Shown piece by piece: positions 41,443 through 53,411 of a DNA stretch of 64,000 nt (position 1 is its first letter; each line of letters opens with the position of its first letter). The notes under the pieces are model-generated. The model ran no database searches. It worked only from the letters and a program-made list of their open reading frames with translations, and was not told the DNA's origin. The DNA is from Dicyema japonicum (taxonomy: Eukaryota > Animalia > Dicyemida). Made by a program: the position numbers and the translations under genes. Location: contig RDEW01000007.1 of NCBI GenBank assembly GCA_011109175.1, positions 681,712 to 745,711 of the forward strand, written 5' to 3'.

Positions 41443-41591
41443 ATAATAATAAAGCTTTTTCCACTGATGACGGCGTCACTCGTCAAACCCTTTCTGCATC
41501 GTAGATGAGTGGAACCTTCCACCAGGTGAACAGCAGCGAGATTCGAACCCGTAACCTAAGCCACTTAAGCCCGACACCTAACCACTATGCC
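41443..41591 (-). mobile_element. tRNA-derived SINE (~150 bp) with (TTA)n tail and 15-bp TSD
   Basis: Minus strand has A-box TGGCATAGTGG, B-box GGTTCGAATCT and a 3' tail ttattattatta. Flanking direct repeat actcaactaaaaata at 41428-41442 and 41592-41606. Confidence 0.8.
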
Positions 41592-42032
41592 ACTCAACTA
41601 AAAATATTTACTTTTATCAAAAAATGTTTCTTTTTTTAAAAAATAAAAATTTTAAGTGGTATATTTTGTGGTTAATAAACCTATAATGCTATTTTTTATT
41701 CCTATATTTTAAATTTTAACTGTTATAAAAATTGCCATAATCACCAAAGTCGGTTAACTTGATCAAGTGAGTGAAAGTGTAAACTCTTTTCGTGTTTTGA
41801 GTTGGTCTAAAATCTTTGAGACTGAACAAAAGAAAGAGATTGTACGTAATAGTCCTCACATGTGTCTTTATTAGGCTTTAAATTGAGATTATTGTCGATT
41901 GCTTCCGAAGCATACAAAACCCTAGTTAAACTCTTGACTATGAGGAAGTTATTCTAATTATATTTAAATATATATTTAATTTGTTAAAAATTGATCTTAA
42001 TAATAATAAATTAAATTGTGTTACATTTTGTG

Positions 42033-43902
42033 ATGGTTTTAATTAATGTAATATTAGTCCCCTTTAACAGACGACTCGGAACCTTACTCAGCCAAAATAG
42101 TAAGCCATAAAACATTCAAAGACCACACAGTTTAGCTAAAATAATACTCCTAGGATATTCAATATTGGTCACAAAAGGATATGATAATCAAGTAACGCAC
42201 TCAGTGGGGAAGAGATACAGCCAATTTGAATATTTATATTCTCTTCTAAGCAAGTATTTCTCTCAAACCCCCAAATTCCACCTAAAAAGGTAATAGGGAA
42301 ACTCAATTACCAATTTGTTCAGCGCAGACTGGATGACTTGCAGGTTATTGTCAATTAATAATATATAGAATTTTTTAAACCTAATTTTAACAACATTTTC
42401 TTCTTTCTAAGTTTTGGATTGTTAAGGAATTCCTGGAAACATTTGAAAACCGTAGAATCATTACTGGTAACCGCAAATAGCCATTTAGATGTGCATACTG
42501 AGAAATACCTTTATTTTTTCAGAAATGACAAAAAACTGGACAGTCCACAAACTGCTTGGAGATATTGGCTGGAGGGGATCCAAAAACTACTTTACAGTCT
42601 CCAAGGCTAGTCAGAACAAACAAAAGATGGACTATCTTCTCTCCTTTGTTTTTGTTATTCCTTACTTTAGACTGAGTTCTCAGCAGACCGTAGTTTGTCT
42701 TCAAACAATTTGGAAACTGTCGTTAATTTATTTGGCGATTTACAAGTACTCTTGTCTGTGTATATCCCCAATGGTTGTAGTGTCAGCTAATCATTCCACC
42801 TGTCTCCGTTCATTTTTCCATCTCTGGTATGTACTCAACCCATGTGTTTCTACCCAACGGATCAGTCAGAGACCAGATGAGCAAAGTAATAATCATTATA
42901 TTACAACAAGAACAAGTACTCTGCCTCCTTTCTAAAGAAAATGAGTTGTGAACCTGTAAGCCATTCACTTCCACCTGCCTCTGTTAACCTTATGGCCTTG
43001 CACCTCCTCAAAGCACTGAAATATCTTCACTCTCACGGATTCTTCCATGGTTCATTATAGTGTTTATTGATAGGAAATGTTCAGTTAGGGAATGTTTTCT
43101 TCATAAACGGCATTTACAAACTGGCAGAATGTGAGAGTTCTCTCGTTGGTTCCACGAGTTTGTTTAGACCCTTCTGTGTTGGACATAGGGCCATTAAAGT
43201 TTTAATATCTCTGATTCTAGAGTACTGAGGCTTTTGATATCTATTGTTATGGTCATTTGCTCTATGAGGCTTCCACGGGGAGACTTCTTACTGAACCCTT
43301 TATGGACACAGAGTCAGCCCACGTGCTAATTAGTGACCAGGATTTAGGTTTCTTTTAATATTATTCAGTCTATGTATTGTCTTCTATTCTCGGAAATCAA
43401 ACACTCAAATCAGGGATTCCTTCTATTGACAATTTGTTGGAGATCAAGTTGGTCACGTGGTCATATTTTAGGTACTTTAGTTACATCACAGACTATGTTT
43501 CGTCTCTTCACACTCGCATACCCAGAAAAATACAGGGATTATTGCAGACTCATAGTGAAAAGTGGTTGGAGAGATTGATTGCCAACAGAAAATTGGTTAG
43601 GGGAGTAATTTAAATTCAGATTAAAAAGGCCACTGTGAGAGACAGATTATCCTCTCTACCTTCTGAGGAGAAGAACCGCATTCTGAGCCTCCACAAGGTT
43701 ACTGTAGCACTGATTGTTGTAGAAACAGTCAAGGGCTTGTTTGGATGGGAGTGTAGCTAAGGAAATAACAAGTGAGTCTGGAGAAGTGGTGGAGAACACT
43801 AAACAGACTTTTATAATGGAAGCACCTAAGGAAGAACCAAAGTCATTTGAGGAATCAAGGAATATTCTTTTTGCCGATATTTGCAAAAAACGGATGGATT
43901 AA
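42033..43902 (+). CDS. PXK: PX domain-containing protein kinase-like protein (PX + pseudokinase + C-terminal WH2-like), ~13 tiny introns
   Basis: Spliced peptides KRYSQFEYLY..FPPKKVIGKLNYQFVQRRLDDLQ, WTVHKLLGDIGWRGSKNYF, LLKALKYLHSHGFFHG, CYGHLLYEASTGR and SRNILFADICKK match PXK. Introns at 42048-70, 42130-53, 42344-68, 42467-88, 42648-70, 42746-80, 42886-910, 43050-73, 43199-220, 43348-68, 43448-71, 43596-619 and 43698-722. A few 1-nt indels are assumed and the start codon is uncertain. Confidence 0.88.
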
Positions 43903-45099
43903 TGATTATTTATTAATTGGTGTTTTATTAATATTAATTTATTGTCTATATTGCAATCATCTCTCAGGGAATCATACAAATAGCACATTTAGGTACTACG
44001 GTCTCACTGTGCTTTTCATCATGACATTTCAGCAATTGTGGAATCAATTAATATCAAAGTTTGTCTTGAAATAATAGTACTGATAAATTTCAGGAAAATA
44101 CATGACTTGTGCCATCGTTTCAAGAGAAATTGACGATATTCAACAAACAATTTTCTCTTCAACTTTATTATTAATAAGGTTCACTGGCGGGAGACGTCAG
44201 GAGAGTTACCTAACAATTACCTTTTATTCGCTATCGTATCATGTTGTAGGACAGTTTTATTGAATACTTTTTGGATTTGATTTTATTTGGGATTAAAATC
44301 CTAAATGAATATGTCTATAGACAGGAGATCTCATAATCTCCCTACTTTCCTCGAATTACTGTGATTACAGATTACGTGCTCGTAGTCGAGTTAAATGTGC
44401 TGCAGATCAACATTTATGCTGGAAAATGTTCACTATTACTTGGTTTGTTACATTACTGTAGCCTAATTTTTCACATTGTATGTTCTTCAATAATTGATAA
44501 AGGACATCAGTAAATATGTTGCAATAGGAAATGATGGGTTAATTATACTAATTACAACGTTGATTGTGCTAAAATATTAAAAGACCTACTTTCATCGGTT
44601 TGCTGGATATATTAGAGAACACATATTACTAATGGCATAATTCACTAATCTGATTGTTGCACCTTATGCTTCCTTGTATTGAAAGGGACAGTCTTCAATG
44701 ATGTAAACAACGTTAAAAGTTTATGGAGTGATCTCTATCTTTCAAAACAGTTCCCCCAAGTCACTAAACCAATCTCTGATAGTAAATATTTTCAATTTGT
44801 CAAAATTTTAAAATATTTACGAAAACTGGGTTATAACTTAAATTTAAGACATTTTTTATTTAAATTAATATCAATAATTGAGATAATTTTATTAAGGAAA
44901 GAAAGAGGGTTTAATTTATGTTGTTAGCGTTGGGTCATGTGGCTCACTAGAAATGGTGTCACCCATTCCAGAAAGGAACGAAAAGAGCCAACAGGTTTCT
45001 CCCCACCGTCCGGTGGTTCCTCAACTCGTGTGTCTTTGACCCTATCTGGTGTCGCCATTTGTCCAGACTTCTGATTTTTTTGCGGAGACGTCGAAACCT

Positions 45100-47815
45100 A
45101 TCCTGTGCCATGGAGAGATTGACAATTATACAACTGAATACAAAATGGGATCAGGAGGAAAATCTTTGAACTCCGGGCACTCCTCCGCGAAAATGGGGCT
45201 GATCTCGCTTTAATACAGGAGTCAAAGCTTATCTCCCTCCATACCAACACCCTCTTTTCCCGGATACACAGTGATCCGTAAAGATCGTCAGGACTACTTA
45301 CTATTATAAAGAACGATATTCCTTTATAGATACAACTCAACGAACCTCAGAGCTTCTTGGCACCGACAAGACTTTGGAGCAGATTATTGTCAAAATCGAG
45401 TTATTCCCGTCCTTTTGGATCCATTTGGCTAATTTATATATTCCTCCACAAGGATCGTGTCCGACATCTTACACCCCTGATTTATCACGCATTTCAACAT
45501 TGAAAAATCTTCTCGTATGTGGGGATCTTAATGCACGACATCCAGTTTGGCTAACTTTCAAATCCTCTGATAACCGAGGAGAACTTATTGCAAATTATCT
45601 TCCTGTCCTGATTATACTAAACAACCCTAACTCACATACGAGGACTCCATTGAGGATGACTGATAGCTGCACATCCCCCGACTTAACACTATGCTCACCT
45701 TCTCTGGCTGGACTCATTTCCTGGAACGTCTTTTACAGCTTCTCCAGTGACCACAATCCTTCAAAAATTGAGAAGTCTTCGGCGATACAGGAGACGGCCG
45801 GCGGAATCAAAAAGATTCAAGGATTATACGAAGGTAGGCTGGTCCGGTTTCAGTAACCTTGTGGATAAATTCTTGGCCCGGAGATTATCCTCCCCAATAC
45901 GCTCTATTGATGAAGCCGCATAAATTATCAGCGCTGCCATTCAGAAAGCTGACCGTATTTTTATTCCTGCATCGTCATACAAGAAGTTTATTCCTACCCT
46001 CAGCTCTACTGGTTGAAGAGATGCCATCTGATGGACTGGAGTCTTTGACAGCCCTCAGACAACTAATAAAGGATGGCAGCATTAGTTAACCACCTCGACA
46101 GAAAAGTACATCCCGACATTTCCGGAAAACTCTTAAACAAGTCAAGTCGGAGCTGGATGATGCAGACGGAACCGGAAAGTCTTCTCCTGAACACTTATGC
46201 CACCTACATCCTATCATTACGCTGGAATTAGCTTCAAAACCTTCTCGAAACACCTGGACATTAGGGTGCGTGCCCATAAACCGAAGAAGGAACCTTACCA
46301 CCAACTATTCAGATGACTAAGTCTTGGATGTGATCACCAGATTAAAGAGCTCACGGGCGTGCGGGCCTGACAAAGTATCTTCTATTCACCTAAAACACCT
46401 AAGCCACTACGCAATTGGCTACCTCACGCAAATATACAACCTGTCCATTAACTATAATATTATTCCCAAGGTTTGGATGAATTCTATCATCAGACCGATA
46501 TTGAAGGCTGGGAAAACCAGAGACAGAACCTGCATCCTACAGGCCTATTCCGTTACCAGCACACTGTCAAAATTATGGAGAAACTTGTATTATCAGTCAT
46601 TATTCCGTATCTTCCACGTCCTATATTTCAACATGGTTTCCTCCGCGGTAGGTCCACCGCTACATACTTGGCAACTTATCGCAGTTCATTGCCGACGGTT
46701 TTAACACCCATCCCTCCCTCACAACGCACAATCTTGGTTTCTATTGACATCAACAAAGCCTTTGACACTGTTTCGAGGAAAATCTGGTTGGAAAAATATT
46801 TCCTACTAATATTCGTCCAAATATGAATTTATGGCTGGCCAATTTTTTGTCTGGAAAACGTGGAAAAGTAATTAGTCGTGATCTCAGATCTAGATCACGA
46901 TTAATACAGAACGGTGTACCCCATGGGTCTTCACTTTCATCATTTTTATTCAACTTATTACTATACGACCTACCTAATGATGGAGACGATGATTCCCTGT
47001 AATTATCCTACGCAGACGATGGAGTCATTGCAAAACGGAACCGCTCGACGCAAGTAACATCCTTAAAGACTCAGGCAAATTTGAGCATTCTACACGATAG
47101 GATCGTTGGCAATCGACTTACGATTTCTGCAACCAAGTCCATCTGTTCCACTTTCACTTCGGACCGTCGTTCCAAGGATGAACCGAGTATCTTTATTGGT
47201 CCCACTCGGATTCCAGTGACAAGTCGTCCCCCATTGCTATCTGTCCTTGGAGTCAAGTACGACAGTCTTCAATTTTCAACTCCCACGAAACAACAGACAT
47301 GATTACCAGGGCCTCCAGAAGTTAACGTTTACGCGCCCTTGTCGGAGGACCACGAGGAACATGGACTTTTCCGTTTCTACCCTCTACCAACAAACAATCG
47401 CGCCTGCCGTTGAGTATGCCTCCGTTGCATGGAGATTCGCGCTATCGGAGTCATGGTCCAAAGAATCAACTCGATACACCGAAAACAATCAGTATGCTTT
47501 GCCCACGTAATGGATCAACAGTCGACCCACCACTCATGGAAGCTAAGATCCGTAGTCGTGGCTCCGGATTTCTTCTCGTCTGTGAGGAAGATGGAAATCC
47601 GCTTCGCCTGATCCTTTCCATGGCAAGAGAAAACCGATTGGATAAGAAATTCCCCTCCCTGATCGGATTCTTCTGCAAGACCGAGAGAAGGCTCTTCCGG
47701 AAAGTAGTGGGGACGATGGAAGATCACAGACGTCGAATGGCACAATTTATTGCGAGGACTGGGATCACCTAACTGACTCTTTTGTCTTTCTTTCTCGTGT
47801 TCCCGGGGTTATTAA
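45100..47815 (+). mobile_element. Degenerate APE-RT LINE (Jockey/I-like)
   Basis: APE motifs LANLYIPP, LVCGDLNARH, SPDLTL and SDHNP. RT motifs ACGPDKVSS, IYNLSINYNIIPKVW, SIDINKAFDTVS, GVPHGSSLS and SYADDG. Many frameshifts; A-rich 3' end. Confidence 0.85.
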
Positions 47816-47829
47816 AAAAATAAATGTCT

Positions 47830-49130
47830 AATAAACATCCTGGAGAACTTGTGCTAAGGACATTCACGCAAAGGACACAACTGACAAAGGACCTTAGTCG
47901 TTATGAAGTTCCTGTAGCATGCCTATAGGAAACAAAAGTAAAAAAGAAGACTTGAAGTCGTGGGAGCATAAAGAGTTTTTTTTGCTAGAACCAGAATGCA
48001 GACATTATGGACAGGGATTTCTTATCCATCGAAGTTTTGCCAAATCGATTCACAGATGTGGAGTGCAAGTAGCAGGATCTCTCTCATTCAACTGAAGTTT
48101 GGCAGGTTATCAACGCATACAATGGGCTTAGCAATGAAGTGTCCAGATGAAGTTGAAAACTTCGGAATGTGATATAGCTCCGATTTAATATCAAACTGAT
48201 TATATACTATGTAAGCGGGAATTCAAGTGCATGCTTATGGAGTCGCGATCTTATGGAGGCACTATTCTAGTGAGTGGTCATAAATGGTTATCTTATGCTT
48301 TAAACTAGAAAGAAGTCAAGGAATGATCAAGAGAAACAAAACAAACACAACTCTGGAAGATTGGTGGTGGAAAGTCTGAACACAAATAGCTTTTCCCACC
48401 AAAGATTCGCTGATAAAGTGGACGTCTTTGTATCAAAATTGGATATGAGAAGCCCACCAAGTCAGCGGTGGGCTGCAATAACTAATGGACTTGGAAATTT
48501 TGCCTGGTCATAATTGAATGATGTCTAAAGAAGGCCATACAATAAACAAATAGAATTGCTATCGAGAACACAAAAAATTGAGACTCCGGGCTGAGAATAC
48601 ATAATGTCCAAAATAGAAAAGCATTATTAAAGAAAAAAGAAACTCTATCCACGGAACATAAAAAAATACGCTTGCTCCACGAAAGGAGACTTGAACAGTA
48701 TGAAGAGTAAGTTGAAGAACTTAATGTTCAGAGCAATCCGGTTTTTAAACAGAACGGATAAACCTGAAGGATTGATTGTAAATAACAAGAATGGAAGACG
48801 AATACTAGACAAAAAAGAAGTTGCAGAGAATATTGCTGATCACTTTGAATCGCTCTTCAAGAGTGACGACAAACGCATAACTCAATTTCTCAGACAACAG
48901 TAGTGGAGATACAAACGGATCTGCAAAAGCTGAACAACAATAGGAGTCCGGGCATTGACGGTATCAACGGGGAACTTCTGAAACATTCGCCGCCCTCACT
49001 GATCTATCACCTATGCAGCATGCTAAACAACATTTTTATGTACCACATGGCTGTCCCACTAGGAGAGGGAATTCTGATACCTATCAGAAACCTGGGAATC
49101 AGAGTTAGGCAGACGATACCATTTTAGAAT
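47830..49130 (+). mobile_element. Decayed 5' part (APE to start of RT) of the LINE family at 59460
   Basis: KDLSRYEVPVACL*ETKVK, ECRHYGQGF, KKEVAENIADHFESLF and KLNNNRSPGIDGINGELLKH..GEGILIPI parallel the 806-aa ORF. Confidence 0.75.
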
Positions 49131-49699
49131 CACGGAGACGTTCACAAACCGGAAGAAAAATGCACTATATTTGTATTATTCTTAGGACTGGTGGCTCGGG
49201 GATCAAAAATATGGTAAAAATGATAAATAAACCAGGTAGCGTAGTTAGTCTCGATTAGCTACGGGTTCGCATTCCACAAATTGGGCGAAGCGTTCTGCTT
49301 TCATGAATCACATAAGGCGCATATGGAGACATTAGTGCTTGGATGGTATCCATATAGTATCCTCCCTATTCAAATTAAGAGTTTCCCACTATTGCAGGTG
49401 TAATGGACGTACTGATGGTAAAGGATGAGCCACATTCCGACAGAGGAAACTGGATAAACCTTAAAATTGATAGATATTAGATAATTTAGTAAACTTGTGT
49501 TGTAGTTGTTCTTTAATGTAAATTCAGCCAATCAAAACAAAAATACACTTGCAGCGATGTTTTCAAATCTTCATTGTATGATTCCCTAGTTCATGTTATT
49601 TTCTTCAGTTCTAAGCGGGGCATTGTAAGGAATTTATTAAAAGAACTCAAGAGTTTCGAATCACTAAAAGTCGGCGAACAGAAAAACTGAATTATAAGG

Positions 49700-49935
49700 C
49701 CGTGATTATGTAAATTGTTTCAACCTCAACGGTGCAACGCAAAGTCCATTCCATAATGCCTACAGTCCGGTTTCAGAAAAAGAAATCTGTGTTCCTTATA
49801 GTCTTTATCAAGTTCGGATACTTTAGTTTCCAACAGACCTGCCTCCGTAATGCTGTAGATCTTGGCAAAACTAAATTTTTCGTATTTTAGAACTGATTCC
49901 TCTCACATTGAAGGTCATCAAGCTGAAATTCTATC
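49700..49935 (-). mobile_element. APE N-terminal fragment of the same LINE family
   Basis: MTFNVRGISSK...LLETKVSE...FLKPDCRHYG, compared with LSFNVRGISK..LQETKVSD..ESKHYG in the intact copy. Confidence 0.65.
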
Positions 49936-50485
49936 TTCCACGGTGTTTTTGAGACATTACCAGCACTAAGTACAAGAGAGGGACGTCACCACCTATCCAA
50001 ACGACGTATCAGCACTCATAAACATAATTCCATTCTGAGGCTTGATGTATTTATTTTGAATAAGAAGAATGTGTTCCTGATCATGAGGGGTGACTCTCAT
50101 TGCCTGTTCAATACTTCCATGCCAGAATTGAGACCTTGTCCTGAAATCGACTTTTAACTAGTAGTTTTGGTAAATGTTTTATACTTTGAGGTCCTGGAAA
50201 ACATCACGATATTTGGAAAACAAGGTTGAATAATGTTTTAAAAGTCAAACGTGTAGGTAAGTTGATATACTATGAGTCCTCCTCCGGAGGACATGAACAT
50301 ATCCCTGAGGTCCCTCATCGCCCAGTAGTTAATCAGTACACATGAAAGCAGATTACAGCCTTTAAATAAAAGTCCGCTATTATCACCTCCAAAAAAGTGT
50401 ATTAATAATGCGTAATGTGTTAAAAAAACGATTAAAATTAGTAATGTTATTGTAAATAGAATGATCATCTCTCTAAAAATTATAA

Positions 50486-52771
50486 TTAATAGCAACTAAT
50501 TTTAAAGCGTCCGAGAGATTCGAAGGGATTAAATGAAGTCAATTTTCCACTAAAAGAAATGAAAGAGTAACTTGTATCGAATACAAAAAGTAAGAGAAAC
50601 ACCGAGAACTGCTAGTATTCCAAAAAATAACCCAATACCAATAGCCGTTTTGTTGACTGTACTTTCTGAAATAATAATAAATTAATTTACTTGTCTGAGA
50701 TGAAACAGTTTTGTTGGTCGTAGGTTGACTGGTAGTTTTGTATGATGCCGATGTACTTGGGTCATTGGTTGTATAACAAACAGGGATGTTGTAGTCATTG
50801 CAATATTCGGTTTTCCAAGTTCCGTTAATTAGAATCACGATACACGCAAGTTCTTCATCAAGATGACTTGGCTGATGAACTCCCAATTTGGAGTCATCTA
50901 AATATATAACAAACATCATAAACAGGAGTGACAACATCATTCCAAAGAATTGTTGTACCATTTTTCAGTAAACGGTGATTAATAAAAATTCCCTTAAACA
51001 AAATTTCTAAATTTGGATACCAAGTACCATTTAGAATAGAATTAACAATAGTCGAAGAGATGGGAGTAATTAAAGTTTTATTTTGGTGACTACAAAGATG
51101 ATGAGCTTCATAAAAAGTCATTGGCATAGCATATATGTAAAAACTATATTTGCCAATATTTATATTTTTTCTAAATTCTTGTTTAACTGATAAATTGATA
51201 AAAATAATAAATACAGTATTTATGATTTTTGGGTCTGATATTACATTCGGCTGAACATCTAAAAATAAATTCACATGAACCTTTGATTTCCTTTTGCATG
51301 CAAATTTTGAGGGTAACATTCATCATTAGTCCATCTCCCACTTTTAAAGTTTTGGTAGACACATTTTTTATTATCGCTTTCAATTGGGTATCCATCTTCC
51401 CAATTTGTATAATTCTTAGAGTAATATTAAAATTAACTGAATAAATAAAATCATTTGGAGATAAGATCCCTTTCACAAAGTATTCCCCAAAGTTAAGCTG
51501 AACTGAATAATCGACATTTTCTTTAATTAATATATATTTTTACCAGAAAAAATACTATTTTCCATGGAATTTCTAGGCACATAAATGATTGCTTCTCTAT
51601 AATCACAAATGTCTTTAGCTTCTGCATAGGAAGTGTCCATGTCAAAAATGTAATAAGTTGATTGATTGAATTTAAAAACTTTTGAAAAATAATCTAGATT
51701 TCATGTGAATATACATTTTCTGTATGTCGAGTTACAAAAAACATATGTTGGGCTTTCATTAATCTCGTCAGTCTCACATACAAAGTATGACATGATTTCA
51801 CTGCAATCTGAACTTTGAAATTCTCCGTTCAATTTCGACCTCACAACACATTCTTCAGAAGTAGGGTTATTATCACTCCACGGTAAATATCTCTAAAATT
51901 TAAACCTCAAAAAACAGCGATGTATTGTTTTTGAGTTCTAAAAGAATGCTTATTATTGTTATTCCGATATAACTGTCATCCAATAAATATTCTGCAAAGA
52001 ATCACACCAAATTACCGTGAAATGCACAATTTTCTTCTCCATCGTTAGGAATAAACAAATACCCATTATGATCATCGTGGCATATTCTTCTCACCGTTCC
52101 ATAGTTACGAGTTGCCCGATATATGTAATATGTATGGCGACGGTGAGTCAATACATAGTCTGGTTGTACTATTTATGTTTAACTACAATTTACTGTTTAT
52201 TAGCTTTTTTGCGGTTACATTTATTCCATTTGTGGAAATTCCATCTAAAAGTTCATTCCCTCGGATACCCTGCTCGCAAATGTAATAACCTTGTGCATCT
52301 CCACGTAATGGATACCATTTGCTGCTAGCAGCATCTAATTGTGCGAAGCTGTCCCTCGACGATGGACTAAATTTCCAATTTGTGTATTTCTTGTTTTATC
52401 AAACGTTAATATTACCAATTCTTGACTAGTATGGTAGCTTACCCATTCATCTTTTCTATAAGGTTTTTTCACTCCAATAATGTGGTCGACTCTAAGACTG
52501 CCTATAAAATATCAATATTGGTTATTATACTTGCAATTACAGTATTTTCATTTTCATCAGTTATGTCAATAGGGTACTGATTACCACTACATCTGTATGC
52601 AATGTTGTATGGATGTGATATTTTATCAGAAGAAAGAGAATATGCGTGATTGTTGTAATTATAGATCTCATTTTGTTTTGAATCTGAAATAATTAAGAAA
52701 TTGTTACTTCGAAAAAAAAGTAAGACTAAAAGGGTTGAAATTTTAAAAATCCCAATTGTGCTATAATCCAT
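50486..52771 (-). CDS. Multi-C-type-lectin-domain type I membrane receptor (mannose-receptor-like, about 4 CTLDs), tiny introns
   Basis: N-terminal hydrophobic signal (KISTLLVLLFF). Repeated CTLD-like segments (..SKWYPLRGDAQGYYICE; PWSDNNPTSEECVV..FQSSDCSEIMSYFVCE; SYAEAKDICD; MTFYEAHHLC..NGTWKTEYCNDYNIPVCY). S/T stalk, TM IAIGIGLFFGILAVLGVSLTFCI and tail ...SFNPFESL. Introns include 50550-50571 (22 nt) and 50666-50690 (25 nt). The exon model is approximate. Confidence 0.72.
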
Positions 52772-53411
52772 TAAAATAAATCGTTTTTAATAGATTTTTT
52801 CTTTTTATAACGTTCTTGGTTATTTGCTAATGTAACTGCAATTTAAATTTTTCAATAATAGGTTTTCAAGAATTTTATAAGGCGGAAGTAGTCTTATTTT
52901 GGAAACCCATTTCCCCTTATGATTTATATGGAAATGCCTTTAATCAACAATTTCTCTTCTGACCTCTCCCTTCTTTTTTGCCATCAGTAAGATCCAAGGA
53001 TCTCTGAGGTTTCGTTTTAAAGGCTTAACGGAGAACTCCCAGTCCAACATCTTTTATTAAGAGTTTCTGCTCTAAATTAATAAAAATAGATTTTATTCCA
53101 AGTTCAATAATAAGCTGAAAAAACTGATACCGAACAATTGGATCCTGGCTCTCAACTTTTTTCGATCGTGGTATTTTTTATTCATTAACCCAAGCTTACA
53201 ATCTTTGTAATCTAAGCAAAACAGTCACAACTGTTTAATCACGGAAAGAACCCAAGAAAGAACGTCTGCTTCGCCGACCCAATCTATCCACCAATAGTCA
53301 TTATAAACTTCAGTTGCGAAGAGAGGTGGAGAAGTAGGTATGTTCATCACACGTTTTACTCTGGTAAAAGTAGTAATATCCCTTTCAATAACTGTGTCGT
53401 GCCAGATTTTG

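Noticed and set aside
49225-49330. Second tRNA-like/SINE sequence (tagcgtagttag ... gggttcgcattcc)
   Set aside because: Degenerate boxes with short spacing, no cloverleaf, tail or TSD found; too weak to call.
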